Source of the DNA: Chrysemys picta bellii
Taxonomy: Eukaryota
Direction: 5' to 3'
DNA length: 64,000 nucleotides
Assembly: GCF_011386835.1 (NCBI RefSeq)
Contig: NC_088794.1
Location: forward strand, 1,984,001 to 2,048,000
How positions within the stretch are numbered: the first letter of the stretch is position 1; each line of letters begins with the position of its first letter. Positions 1-23,699 of this stretch are shown piece by piece. The notes under the pieces are model-generated. The model did not search any database. It was not told where the DNA came from and saw nothing but the letters and a program-made list of their open reading frames with translations. The translations under genes and the position numbers were made by a program.

Positions 1-444
1 GAGCTGGGAGCAGAAACGCACCTTCCCCCAGCGCCTGCGGCCGGATGGGAGCCCCCCCCATTTCTGAGGGGGCGGATAGTGTTGTGGGGCCTGGGACTAG
101 CTGAGACTGGAGCCCCTCCCCCAGGGGGTTGGATAGCGTTTGCGGGGGGCTGGGGCCCCGACTCAGAGACAGACAAGCCGCTGGCCCCGATAGCAGCACC
201 CCTCAGTAAAAGGGTCACCTCCCCCCCAGTCCCCCCCTGCAACCACCCAACTGCTGCCCCTCCCTCCAGGGCCTCCCCACTGCACCCCCCCCAGCTCCTG
301 GGGGGCAGGGGTAGGTGATTCTTTCCTCCAGAGCAGACACTGCAGCTGTACCCCCCAGCGCTGCCCCCTACACACAGCAACCAGAGTGGGGTTCAGTCCC
401 CTTGGCAAACCACAGTCCCACAAGATACTGGGGTCACATCCCCC

Positions 445-815
445 ATGCTGGGCTATGGGGTCACCTGCCTTTGGGGTCACGTCCTCTCCCTGCTGTGCCA
501 TGGGGTCACCTGCCTTCGAGGTCACATCTCCCCCTGCTGGGCCATGGGGTCACCTGCCTTCGGGGTCACGTCCTCTCCCTGCTGTGCCATGGGGTCACCT
601 GCCTTCGGGGTCACATCTCCCCCTGCTGGGCCATGGGGTCACCTGCCTTCGGGGTCACGTCTCCCCCCTGCTGTGCCATGGGGTCACCTGCCTTCGGGGT
701 CACGTCCTCTCCCTGCTGTGCCATGGGGTCACCTGCCTTCGGGGTCACGTCCCCCCCCTGCTGTGCCATGGGGTCACCTGCCTTCGGGGTCACATCTCCC
801 CCTGCTGGGCCATGG
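445..815. repeat. ~41-bp minisatellite (ccatggggtcacctgccttcggggtcacgtcctctccctgctgtg) downstream of the TAOK2 alpha stop
   Basis: About 9 tandem units are visible directly. Confidence 0.9.
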
Positions 816-1069
816 GGGTGCTCTGGCAGGGGATGCCCGGAGAAGCCCAGTAGCACGGGACCTCCTGCTGTGGGTTTTGGAGAGGCCCGAGCTGCCCCAC
901 CCCCGCATTCAGATGGAGACCCTCCCTCACGGCCCCCCACCCAACCAGAGAGAGGGGCGCGGCCTGTTCACGCTGTCGCAGGGCTGTGGCTCACCCCAGC
1001 CAATCACTGGGCGGCACGGGGGCGTGGCTGGTTCCCAAGCCCAGAACAGGTGTGGGGGGGCTGGTGCCC

Positions 1070-11837
<10,768 letters not shown>

Positions 11838-13489
11838 GGCCGTGGCGGGGGGGCTGCCCTGGCGCCCCGCTCCCCTCCTGCAAGGGATACGCCACATGTC
11901 ACCCCAGCCCCCCGCTCCCCTCCGAGAGACCCAAGGAGTCCTGGCTCCTAGCCCCCCTCCTCCCCCCAACAACCTAGCCACACTCCAGACAGACTGCAGC
12001 TGCCTGACAGGTTTGGGGTGTCAGGCTGGGGGCGGCACTTGTTTCCCTGAGTTCCCGACCCCACCGTGTGACGGGCCAGGGACTGAGGGGATGGGAACAG
12101 AACTGACGGGGGCTCATGTCTGGAGTCACACAGGTTGGGAGGGGGTCACGCCCAGCCCTCCAAAAACAGATGCTAGGCCGGCTCAGGGAATGGGACGTGG
12201 GGCCCTGCCCCTCTGGGGGGTGCTGGCTCTGACCCGGGGCTGGCCCCGGGGGGGCAGGGAATGGGGAGCCGGGCTGAGCCTGGGGCTGAAAGGAGGCAGG
12301 GGCCGATGTGGGCGCAGGGGAAATCCGGCCATTGTTCCCTACTTTCCCCCCAGCGCTCAGCCACGGCTCCAGTGACCCCCCGTCAGCATGGCCCTTCCCA
12401 GCCCCCCAGAGCCAGGACGCCTGGGTTCTGTCCCTGGCTCCAGAACAGAACGGCCCCGTGTCCCATCCCCCCTCTCATCAGCCCCAGCCCCTTCCTCTGT
12501 GGGGCAGACCCACGGCATAGCAGGGAAAGGCACAGAGAGCCCACCTCGGCCTGAGAGCCTGTCCCTGCCCCTGCCCCCCACCCCACTGCCCTGTGCCGGG
12601 CCAGTCCATCCTCCCAGTCCGCCCCTGCCCCCCACCCCATAGCCCCACTGCCCTGCGCTAGGCCAGCACAACCCTGCCCCCCCACGCCGCCACTGCCCCA
12701 TGCTGGACCAGCCCATCCCTGCCAGTAGCATCCTCAAAGACGTAGCAGCCTGCAGCTCCCACCCTTGCACCTCAGCCTCCAACCTGGCCCTTTGTCCGCA
12801 TGACCCCCAACCCAAGCCCCCCGCCCCCCCATGACCTCCCTCCCTCCGTCTTTCTCCCCACCCAACCCCGCTGCCCCCCAGCCCTTCCCCATGACCCCAC
12901 TGCCCAGCCTGACCCTGCTGCCCCAGCCCCACTCCCCCATGTCCTCCGAGATGTGGGGGTGTCTCACCAGCAGTTGGCGGCGCTTTCTCCCTTGTGGCTC
13001 CAGCTCCAGAGTATTGAGGTGGGGGGCAGCACCCCCAGCGGCCTCCTCCAACCCCACACAGGGGGGCACGTGCTGGACTCTATAGGGATGGGGGGGTCCT
13101 ATGGGGTCTAAACCCAGCTCCCCTCACTGCTGCTGTTTATGGGGGGAAGCGGAGTCTGTAGGGGCTCCTCAGCCCCCTCCCCCCTTCACGGGGGTCTATG
13201 CACCCTACAGGGGGTGGGGGGCTTGGAGGTGTCCAGCCCCCCTTCCCCCCAGATGTGGATCCTGTGGGAGGTGGGGAGTCCTTTTGGAGGGTGCAGGAGC
13301 CTCCCCCCTCTCAGGGTATGGATCCTACGGGGGGGCAGGAGCCTGACAGGGACCGGGGTTAAATGGGGGCTCGGTGGGGGGGGACCAGGGGAAATAGGGG
13401 AGTGAGACTCTACAGGAGCGGGGGGGGGGGGAATAAATATCGATAGGGTCCTACACAGGCAGGGGATCGCTCTCGGGAAGGGGGCTCTA

Positions 13490-13680
13490 TGGGCCGCGGG
13501 GTCTATAGGGGGCGGGGGCGCTCTAGGGGAGGTCTATAGGGGGCTCTATAGGGGCGGGGGATCTATAGGGGGCTCTATAGGGGCGGGGGCTCTAGGGGAG
13601 GTCTATAGGGGATCTATAGGGGCGGGGGATCTATAGGGGGCTCTATAGGGGGCGGGGGCGCTCCAGGGGCCCCTATGGGC
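13490..13680. repeat. Short ctatag-containing tandem repeat (ggggctctatagggggcg)
   Basis: About 9 units near the TAOK2 5' end. Confidence 0.8.
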
Positions 13681-13699
13681 TCCGGGGGGTGGGGGGCCT

Positions 13700-14450
13700 G
13701 GCTCGGTCCGGCCCCCCTCCCCGCTCTCCTCCGCCGCGCCCGCCTCGGCCGCCCGCCCCTCCTCCCGCCCGCTCGGCTGCTTCTCCCCAAATCCAAGATG
13801 GCGCCCAAGGCAGAGCCAAACCGGAACCAGGCAGCGGGCCCGGGGCGCGCATGCGCGGTAGGAGGGGCTCCCCCGGGACCCCACGGGAGAGTAGGACGCA
13901 TGCGCCAGCCTGGGAGTGCGCAGGAAGTAAAGGGGCGCATGCGCCAAACTGTCACGGAGGGAATTTGCGCGTACAGGGCCGTTGGAGGAGTGACGCACGC
14001 GTAATGGGGGCTGCAATCGGGGAAAAGCGTGGCGCATGCGTAGTGGAAAGGCAAAATCCGCCATGGGGGAGAGGGCTCAAAGTAGGCGCGCGACAGGGGA
14101 CAGTACGCATGCGCAAAAGGAGGTGCCGCAGGAGGCTGCGCTAGTTACAGGGGGGACGAGTTTCTGATTGGAGAGTTGTAAAGGCCGTGGGACCAATTGG
14201 CAGGGGCGTGGTGTAAGGAGCAGTGACACCGGATTGGACGAGGCCCAGGGGCGGGGCAGGGATGAACCGGCTCAAGTAACGGCTCTGGGGGGAGGCTGCG
14301 GTAGTTCCGGGTGGGCGTGGCTAAGGGAGCCAGGCGGGCTTGGCGGCCTTTGACGGAAAGCGCATTGTGATTGGCGCGGGGCCCGTGGAGGGGGCGTGGC
14401 CCGCGAGCAACGTCTCCGCCCGCTGTTACCAGGGCAGGTTTGGGGCCGCG
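13700..14450 (-). promoter_or_regulatory. TAOK2 CpG-island promoter
   Basis: CpG-rich. YY1-type CAAGATGGCG at 13794-13803, about 5 NRF1-type GCGCATGCG motifs in 13846-14115, several ATTGG boxes in 14160-14375, and GC boxes. Confidence 0.75.
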
Positions 14451-14599
14451 CTTGCGCAGAAAGGCCGGGGGGAGGGGGAAAGGCGGGAAAATGGGGACAG
14501 GAGCTAGAGTGGCCGTTAAACTGCCGCAGCCGAGTGCAGCGAGGGGGCGGGGCTAGGGTCTGCCCGGAGCCCCCGTGTCCTGTCCCACCCCCGGTATCC

Positions 14600-15635
14600 T
14601 CCCCACCCCTCTGTCAGGCCCGCCCCCCGGGTCCTCCCCCCTCCCGGGTCGGGCCCCGCCCCCCGGGTCCTCCCATCCCCCCGCCCTCCCGGGTCGGGGC
14701 CCCGCCCCCCCCGCGTCCTCCCATCCCCCCGCCCTCCCGGGTCGGGCCCCGCCCCCCGGGTCCTCCACCCCCCCGCCCTCCCGGGTCGGGCCCCGCCCCC
14801 CCCGCGTCCTCCCATCCCCCCGCCCTCCCGGGTCGGGCCCCGCCCCCGGGTCCTCCCACCCCCGCCCTCCCGGGTCGGGCCCCGCCCCCCCGGATCCTCC
14901 CATCCCCCCGCCCCCCCCCGCGTCCTCCCATCCCCCCGCCCCTCCCGTGTCCGGCCCCCGCCCCCCCCCGCGTCCTCCCATCCCCCCGCCCTCCCGTGTC
15001 CGGCCCCGCCCCCCCCCCGCGTCCTCCCATCCCCCCGCCCTCCCGTGTCGGGCCCCGCCCCCCCGGATCCTCCCACCCCCCCGCCCTCCCGGGTCGGGCC
15101 CCGCCCCCCCCCGCGTCCTCCCATCCCCCTCCCTCCGTGTCGGGCCCCGCCCCCCCCCCGTCCTCCCACCCCCCCGCCCCCCCCCCGTCCTCCCACCCCC
15201 CGCGTCCTCCCATCCCCCCGCCCTCCCGTGTCGGGCCCCGCCCCCCGGATCCTCCCACCCCCCGCCCTCCCGGGTCGGGCCCCGCCCCCCCCCGCGTCCT
15301 CCCCATCCCCCTCCCATCCCGTGTCGGGCCCCGGCCCCCCACGCGTCCTCCCATCCCCCGCCCCCCCCCGTCCTCCCACCCCCCGCGTCCTCCCATCCCC
15401 CCGCCCTCCGTGTCGGGCCCCGCCCCCCCGGATCCTCCACCCCCCCGCCCTCCCGGGTCGGGCCCCGCCCCCCCGGATCCTCCCACCCCCCCGCCTCCCG
15501 GGTCGGGCCCCGCCCCCCCCCCCGTCCTCCATCCCCCCGCCCTCCGTGTCGGGCCCCGCCCCCCCGGATCCTCCCACCACCCCCGCCCTCCCGGGTCGGG
15601 CCCCGCCCCCCCGGATCCTTCCCCCGCCCCCCCAT
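14600..15635. repeat. C-rich minisatellite (gggtcctcccatccccccgccctcccgggtcgggccccgccccc)
   Basis: About 40-bp units. A related array resumes at 19737-19880 and 20953-21165. Confidence 0.9.
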
Positions 15636-18600
15636 AAGAACATAAGAAAGGCCGTAGGGGGTCAGACCAAAGGTCCATCCAGCCCAGTGTCCTGTCTACC
15701 GACAAAAAGCAACAGAGGGGCCTGTGGCACCTTTAAGACTAGCAGAAGTGTTGGAGCAGAAGGCTTTCGTGGGTAAGAACCTCACTTCTTCAGACAGTGG
15801 CCAATGCCAGGTGCCCCAGAGGGAGTGAACCTAACAGCAATGATCAAGTGATCTCTCTCCTGCCATCCATCTCCACCCTCTGACAAACAGAGGCTAGGGA
15901 CACCATTCCTTACCCGTCCTGGATAATAGCCATTAATGGACTTAACCTCCATGAATTTATCCAGTTCTCTTTTAAACGCTGTTATAGTCCTAGCCGTCAC
16001 AACCTCCTCAGGCAAGGAGTTCCACAAGTTGACTGTGCGCTGCGTGAAGAAGAACTTCCTTTTATTTGTTTTAAACCTGCTGCCCATTAATTTCATTTGG
16101 TGACCCCTAGTTCTTGTGTTATGGAAATAAGTAAATAACTTTTCCTTATCCACTTTCTCCACATCACTCATGATTTTATAGACCTCTATCATATCCCCCC
16201 TTAGTCTCCTCTTTTCCAAGCTGAAGAGTCCTAGCCTCTTTAATCTCTCCTCATATGGGACCCGTTCCAAACCCCTCATCATTTTAGTTGCCCGTTTCTG
16301 AACCTATTCCCGTGCCAGTATATCTTTTTTGAGATGAGGAGACCACATCTGTACGCAGTATTTGAGATGTGGGCGTACCATCGATTTATATAAGAGCAAT
16401 AAGATATTCTCCGTCTTATTCTCTATCCCCTTTTTAATGATCCCTAACATCCTGTTTGCTTTTTTGACCGCCTCTGCACAGTGCATGAACATCTTCAGAG
16501 AACTATCCACGATGACTCCAAGATCTCTTTCCTGACTTGTTGTAGCTAAATTAGCTCCCATCATATTGTATGTATAGTTGGGGTTATTTTTCCCAATGTG
16601 CATGACTTTACATTTATCCACGTTAAATGTCATTTGCCATTTTGTTGCCCGATCATTTAGTTTTGTGAGATCTTTTTAAAGTTCTTCACAGTCTGCTTTG
16701 GTCTTAACTATCTTGAGCAGTTTAGTATCATCTGCACACTTTGCCACCTCACTTTTACCCCTTTCTCCAGATCATTTATGAATAAGTTGAATAGGATCGG
16801 TCCGAGGACTGACCCTTGGGGAACACCACTAGTTACCCCTCTCCATTCTGAGAATTTACCATTAATTCCTACCCTTTGTTCCCTGTCTTTTAACCAGTTC
16901 TCAATCCATGAAAGGACCTTCCCTTTTATCCCATGACAGCTTAATTTACGTAAAAGCCTTTGGTGAGGGACCTTGTCAAAGGCTTTCTGGAAATCTAAGT
17001 ACACTATGTCCACTGGATCCCCCTTGTCCACGTTTGTTGACCCTTTCAAAGAACTCTAATAGATTAGTAAGACACGATTTCCCTTTACAGAAACCATGTT
17101 GACTATTGCTCAACAGTTTGTTTTTCTATGTGTCTGACAATTTTATTCTTTACTATTGTTTTGACTGATTTGCCTGGTACAGACGTTAGACTTACCGGTC
17201 TGTAATTGCCGGGATCACCTCTAGAGCCCTTTTTAAATATTGGCGTTACATTAGTTATCTTCCAGTCGTTGGGTACAGAAGCCGATTTAAAGGACAGGTT
17301 GCAAACCATAGTTAATAGTTCTGCAACTTCACATTTGAGTTCTTTCAGAACTCTTGGGTGAATGCCATCTGGTCCCGGTGACTTGTTACTGTTACGTTTA
17401 TCAATTAATTCCAAAACCTCCTCTAGTGACACTTCAATCCATGACAGTTCCTCAGATTTGTCACCTACAAAGGCCGGCTCAGGTTTGGGAATCTCCCTAA
17501 CATCCTCAGTCGTGAAGACTGAAGCAAAGAATCCATTTAGTTTCTCCGCAATGACTTTATCGTCTTTAAGCGCTCCCTTTGTATCTCGATCATCAAGGGG
17601 CCCCACTGGTTGTTTAGCAGGCTTCCTGCTTCTGATGTACTTAAAAAACATTTTGTTATTACCTTTGGAGTTTTTGGCTAGCCGTTCTTCAAACTCCTCT
17701 TTGGCTTTTCTTATTACATTCTTGCCCTTAATTTGGCAGTGTTTATGCTCCTTTCTATTTGCCTCACTAGGATTTGACTTCCACTTTTTGAAGGAAGTCT
17801 TTTTATCTCTCACTGCTTCCTTTACATGGTTGTTAAGTCACGGTGGCTCTTTTTTAGTTCTTTTACTGTGTTTCTTAATTTGGGGTCTACAATGAAGTTG
17901 GGCCTCTATTATGGTGTCTTTAAAAAGCACCCATGCAGCTTGCAGGGATTTCACTCTAGTCACTTTACCTTTTAATTTCTGTTTAACTAACCCCCTCATT
18001 TTTGCCTAGTTATCCCTTTTGAAATTAAATGCCACAGTGTTGAACTGTTCTTCCCACCACAGGGATGTTGAATGTTATTATATTATGGTCACTATTTCCA
18101 AGCGATCCTGCTATAGTTACCTCTTGGACCAGCTCCTGCGCTCCACTCAGGACTAAATCTAGAGTTGCCTCTCCCCTTGTGGGTTCCCGTACCAGCTGCT
18201 CCAAGAAGCAGTCATTTAAAGTATCAAGAAATTTTATCTCTGCATTTTGTCTTGAAGTGACATGTTCCCAGTCAATATGGGGATAATTGAAATCCCCCAC
18301 TATTATTAAGTTCTTAATTTTGATAGCCTCTCTAATCTCTCTTAGTATTTCATCATCACTATCACCGTCCTGGTCAGGTGGTCGATAATAGATATCTAAT
18401 GTTATATTCTTATTAGAGCATGAAATTTCTATCCATAGAGAGTCTATGGAACATGTGGATTCACTTAAGATTTTTACTTCATTTGATTGTACATTTTCTT
18501 TCACATATAGTGCCACTCCCACCCCGCACGACCTGTTCTGTCCTTCCGATATATTTTGTACCCGGAATGATTGTGTCCCATTGATTGTCCTCAGTCCACC

Positions 18601-19737
18601 AGGTTTCTGTGATGCCTATTATATCAATATCCTCCTTTATCACGAGCCACTCTAGTTCACCCATCTTATTATTTAGACTTCTAGCATTTGTGTACAAGCA
18701 CTTTAAAAACTTGTCACTGTTTGTCTGCTCTTTTCTGGTGTGTCGGATTCTTTTTTATATGAATGTTTCTCGTCTGTTCTGGCCCTTATATTATCCTCTT
18801 CCATCCTCTGCTCCTGACTAGAACCTGGAGATTCTCTATCATTAGACTCTCCCCTAAGAGAAGTCTCTGTCCGAGCCACATGCTCCTCTGCAGCAGTCGG
18901 CTTTCCCCCATCTCCTAGTTTAAAAACTGCTCTGCAACCTTTGTAATGTTCAGTGCCAGCAGTCTGGTTCCACTTTGGTTAGGTGGAGCCCATCTCTCCT
19001 GTATAGGCTCCTCCATCCCAAAAGTTTCCCCAGTTCCTAATGAATGTAAACCCCTCCTCTCTCCACCATCGTCTCATTCACGCATTGAGACTCTGAAGCT
19101 CTGCCTGGCCCTGCACGTGGAACTGGGAGCATTTCTGAGAATGCCACCATAGAGGTCCTGGATTTCAGTCTCTTCCCTAGCAGCCTAAATTTGGCCTCCA
19201 GGACATCTCTCCTACCCTTCCCTATGACATTGGTACCTACATGTACCACGACCACCGGCTCCTCCCCAGCACTACACAAGTCTGCGCTGTGAAGTGCCAT
19301 TGTAGCCAAGGCCTTAGTTTCTAATGATCGAATCTCCCATTACTAATACCTGCCTTTTCCTAGTGACTGGAGTTCCCTCTCCCGGAGAGGTAACCTCAGT
19401 GCGAGAGGTAACCCCAGCACCGTCTGGAAGGAGGGATCCAACTATGGGAAGGTTTCCCTATGCTCCCGTTAACTGCTCTGCTTCCCTGGGCCTTTCATCC
19501 TCCTCAACAGCGCAGGGGCTGTCTGACCAGAGGTGGGACAATTCTACAGTGTCCCGGAAAGCCTCATCAACATACCTCTCTGCCTCCCTTAGCTCCTCCA
19601 GTTCCGCTACCCTGGCCTCCAAAGTCCGTACATGGTCTCTGAGGGCCAGGAGCTCCTTGCACCGAATGCACGCATACGCCACCCACCCACAGGGCAGGTA
19701 ATCATACATACTGCATTCAGTGGAATAAACTGAGTGT
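15636..19737 (-). mobile_element. CR1 LINE, 5'-truncated and frameshifted (ORF1 zinc finger/esterase plus ORF2 endonuclease-RT)
   Basis: 3' tail (TTCTTATG)n at 15636. ORF2 fragments: [21 protein letters not shown] (15782-16282), [16 protein letters not shown] and [10 protein letters not shown] (16708-17049), PGPDGIHPRVLKEL (17103-17813), and APE motifs YTNARSL, YYRPP, GDFNYPHIDW, SDHN (18025-18697). ORF1 fragments: VVVVHVGTN (19037-19309) and ECSMYDYLPCG..CIRCKEL (19458-19745). Confidence 0.95.
15705..15794 (-). mobile_element. Penelope-like element terminal fragment with a degenerate hammerhead ribozyme core, inserted in the CR1 3' UTR
   Basis: Minus strand reads CTGAAGA-AGTGAGGTTCTTACCCAC-GAAA-GCC..AAAGGTGCCACAGG. 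It interrupts the CR1 3' UTR between ctaccgaca and cagtggcc. Confidence 0.65.
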
Positions 19738-19889
19738 CCTCCCAACCCGCCCCCCGGGTCAGGCCCAGCTCCCCGGGTCCTCCCAACCCGCCCCCCGGGT
19801 CAGGCCCAGCTCCCCGGGTCCTCCCAACCCACCCCCCAGGTCAGGCCCCGCTCCCCGGGTCCTCCCAACCCCTCCCCCCCATGCAGGGC

Positions 19890-20952
19890 TGTGACGGTGC
19901 TGCCCGTGGGAGCCAGCTGAGGTCACTCAATCAGGGTGAACTGCAAACAGAACGGGGCAGCCAAACCCCAAACGCTGGTGGATATTCTAATACTTAGATT
20001 TACCAACCAGCCTCTGTATTACCTTACTGGTTACTCAGAGTCCAACCAACGCAGTTCCCTTAAAGTGCCCAGCGTCCGGCCTCAGTCCAGACACACGTCA
20101 GATATGATGATATTACTGACAATCTGATCTCATCATATAAAAGAAAAGGTTCTTCCAACCCCAAAGGATCAGCCACATACCCAGGTCCAATTATAACTTA
20201 GATCTGACCCAAAATACACACTATAGTCAATTCTTATTAACTAAGCTAAAACGTATTAAAAAAGAAAAGCGAGAGTGTGTTGGTTAAAAGATCAATATAC
20301 AGACAGACTTGAATTCAATTCTTGAGGTTCAGACACAGCAGAGATGAGCTTGTCGTTGCCAAAAGTCCTTTTAGAAATAGTCCAGAGGTTATAGTCCAAT
20401 GTCCATATTCAGGGTGGCTCCAGTCAGTAACTGGGGAATCTCAATCCTTGTGGCTTAAGGTTTCCCCCTCTTGAAACCCAAAGCAGATCTGAGATGAAGC
20501 AGGATCGTGTCCCAGGGTCTTATACATTTCCAGCAGCCTTTCGGCCTGAGAAAACAATAGGCTTAATTCTCCTTCCAAACATCCTGGCAATTAAAACACG
20601 GTCATTTATCCATTAAACAGTTCAGATCCAGGTTACCACAACCTTCAAAGAGACAGAGACAATAATACTATTTCCCTCAAGTACCATCATAAATGTTAAT
20701 ATTCCTGTTTTGATCTTTGAATCAAAGCTCTAGCGATAGACAAAACTTGTTTGCTGACCCCACAAGCCCTGAGCACCCAGCTCCCGTCTACCTCTAACAG
20801 CCCCGGCTGCATTTCCCAGCTCTGCTCATGAACAGACCTTCTGAACCAGTCGCTACAGCTGGGCCCTGGGTCAGGTCAGTCTGGGAGGTAATTAACTCTT
20901 TCTGGCCCTGTCACCTTCCAATGAGATATTAGATCACACTCATAATGTCACA
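19890..20952. mobile_element. Probable solo LTR
   Basis: AT-rich ~1.06-kb block with inverted termini TGTGAC...GTCACA inside a GC-rich minisatellite. No clean TSD. Confidence 0.55.
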
Positions 20953-21393
20953 GGATCCTCCCATCCCGCGCCCCCCCCCCCCGGTGCGGGGCCCGCACCC
21001 CCTGTGTCCTCCCAACCCCCCCCCGTGTCCTCCCAACCCCCTCCCAACCCCCCCCCATGTCGGGCCCCACCCCCTGTGTCCTCCCAAACCCCCCCCCCCC
21101 CATGTTGGGTCTCACCCCGTGTCCTCCCAACCCCCCCCCGTGCGGGGCCCGCCCCCTGAGTCCTCCCAGTCCCTGCCATTCCAGGGCCCCACATGCCACC
21201 TCCCATGTCCTCCCAGCCCCACAGACCCAGGCACACAGGCTCAGCATAACCCATTTATTGGCCCCAGACAGGCGCCCCCATGCCTCTCCCCGGGCAGGGG
21301 TCTGCCACCCTGGGAGCGCCCGGGCCAGGGTACGTGGGTCCCACCCAGCTCCCCGAGGGGAGGGGAGGTCAGAGGGGGGCTGGGAGCCGCCCC

Positions 21394-23503
21394 CTAGTGT
21401 GGGGGGGGGGGCGGCAGGCACAGGCCAGCCATGCACAGCAGCAGGGCGCAGAGGCACAGCACGGTCAGGCCGGCCAGCAGGAGGCGCTGGCTGCACAGGC
21501 GGCGATCCTCCTGTGGGGAGCGACAGATGCGGTGAGTGGGGCTGCCCCCTTCCTCCATGGCATCCCCTGCCCCAGCCCTGCCTGCTGCCCCTAGTGAGCT
21601 CACACCTGCACACTCTGCGGGGTGACCCCCCCATCCATCGCCCCGCCCCCTGGGATGGCTCCGCCCCCCACGGGGTAACCCCCTCCGTCGCCCCGCCTCC
21701 CGGGACGGCTCAGCCCCCCCACGGGGTAACCCCCTCCGTCGCCCCGCCTCCCGGGACGGCTCAGCCCCGCGCGGGGTAACCCCCTCTGTCGCCCCGCCCC
21801 CCAGGACGGCTCCGCCCCCTGCAGAGTGACCCTCTCCATCGCCCTGCCCCCCGCGGGGTGACCCCCTCCATCGCCCTGCCCCCCTGGACAGCCCCACCCC
21901 CCGCAGGGTAACCCCCCTCCGTCGCCCTGCCCCCCTGGACAGCCCCGCCCCCCACGGGGTGACCCCCCCCGTCGCCCCGCCCCCGGGACGGCCCCGCCCC
22001 TTACCAGGCTCAGCATGGTGGCCAGGGTGGGGTCGGGCTGGTAGCCAGGTTGGTAGCAGGACCCCGGCTCCTCCTGGGGCTGGGCATCCAGATCCCCCAC
22101 AATGCAGCGGGGCGGCGCCCTGCAACCAGAGCACACGGAGGAGTGAGGGGTTCCTGCAGCAGGCTCCGCAACCCCACCCTGCCCCACCCCACCTGGCTCA
22201 CCTGGTCCGGGGCAGCAGGGAGGGGGGGCCTGCCAGGCTCAGGCAGCTGCCCTGGGGGCCGGGGCCGGGGGGCCACGGGGTGACGATCACCAGGCGGATC
22301 GGCTGCTGGGGCTCCGGACCTGTTGGGGGGAGTCAGTGTGGCAGGTAAACAGCCCCGGGGGGCAGGGCGGGGGGGAGGGGAACAGCCTCAGGGGACACGG
22401 AAGGGGGGAGGGGAGCGACTCCAGGGGGAATGGCCCCGGGGGGCATGGCAGGGGGAAGGGAACGACCCCGGGGGACATGGTGGGGGGAGGGGAGCGACTC
22501 CGGGGGCATGGCACTGGGGGAGGGGAACAGCCCCAGGAGACACGGTGGGGGGAGGGGAGCGACTCCGGGGGCATGGCACTGGGGGAGGGGAACAGCCCCG
22601 GGGGACACGGTGGGGGGAGGGGAGCGACTCCGGGGGCATGGCACGGGGGGAGGGGAACAGCCCCAGGAGACACGGTGGGGGGAGGGGAGCGACTCCGGGG
22701 GCATGGCACTGGGGGAGGGGGAACGGCCCCGGGGGACACGGTGGGGGGAGGGGAGCGACTCCGGGGGGAATGGCCTCAGGGGACGGGGGGGGGGGAGAGG
22801 AACAACTCTAGGGGGAATGCCCCCGGGGGGACAGGGCGGGGGGGGAGGGGAATGCCCCCAGGGGGGACACGCCAGCCCCCACTCACCCCCAAGTCCCAGC
22901 TGGTGGCCGGTGACTGTCAGGGCCAGGCGGGTGGTGTTGGGTTGCCCCCCCACAGGGAGGTTGAAGGTTAGGCCCACCAGGACCGAGAGGGCCGGGGGGC
23001 CCCCGGGTGAAAGCGGGGCAGCCCTGGGGGTGGGGGCTGGAGTTGTTGCCCCCCCCCACGTCCCGTTGTCGGTGCAGAAGCTCAGGTGGCTCAGGGACTC
23101 CAGGAACGAGTTCCAGTCCTGGGGAGAGAATCAGAGTGTGACCCCCCATTCCCCACCCCCTCCGTCCCCCTCCATCACCCTCTGCCCCCTCCTTCACCCC
23201 CCCTTTGCCCTCCTGCCCTGTCCCCCACTCCTCTCCGCCACCTCCTCAATCCCATTCCACCCTCTGTCCATTTTTCCCCCCCGCCCCTTTCTGCCTCCTC
23301 CCTCATGCCCCCTCCCTCTTTAAGTCTCCTCCCCCAGTGCTGACCTGGGTGACGTCAGCATCCCTGACCTCGTGCGATTGGATGTAGGTGGCAAAGGCGG
23401 TGAAGGTGACAGCCAATGAGAAGAGGCAGAGGCAGAAGCAGACGACGGGCGGGCGACGCTCCAGGCACAGGCGCAGGGAGCCCAGCAGGGGGCAGCTCAG
23501 CAT
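21394..23503 (-). CDS. TMEM219: Transmembrane protein 219 / IGFBP-3 receptor (~246 aa, spliced)
   Basis: Exons 23345-23503, 22887-23118, 22202-22319, 22005-22119 and 21394-21510 total 741 nt in one frame. N-terminal TM (RPPVVCFCLCLFSLAVTF), DWNSFL exon start, C-terminal TM (EDRRLCSQRLLLAGLTVLCLCALLLC). AATAAA at 21254-21259. Syntenic position fits. Confidence 0.88.
21620..21995. repeat. ~48-bp intronic minisatellite in TMEM219
   Basis: Tandem ggggtaaccccctccgtcgccccgcc units. Confidence 0.85.
22340..22870. repeat. ~63-bp G-rich intronic minisatellite in TMEM219
   Basis: Tandem gggagcgactccgggggcatggcactgggggaggggaacagcccc units. Confidence 0.85.
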
Positions 23504-23699
23504 GGCGAGGCCTGCGGGGCACAGGGGGCTCAGTAGAGGGACCCCGCCCCCGCCTCCCAGCACTGAGTGGGGGGCACAGCTGGGGGCGGGGCAGCGACTG
23601 TGGGAAGAGCTGGTGTGGGCAGGGGAGGAGGGGAACCCAGGGCGACCCGCGCAGGGGGCAGGGTGGAGTGTCTGCCAGGCGGGACGGCGGGGTGTGGGG

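Noticed and set aside
14396-15776. Pro-rich and Gly-rich ORFs on both strands
   Set aside because: They are translations of a C-rich minisatellite, open in most frames.
22120-22153. Upstream acceptor at 22153 for a TMEM219 exon
   Set aside because: It puts the exon out of frame. The acceptor at 22119 keeps the frame and the PPRC motif.
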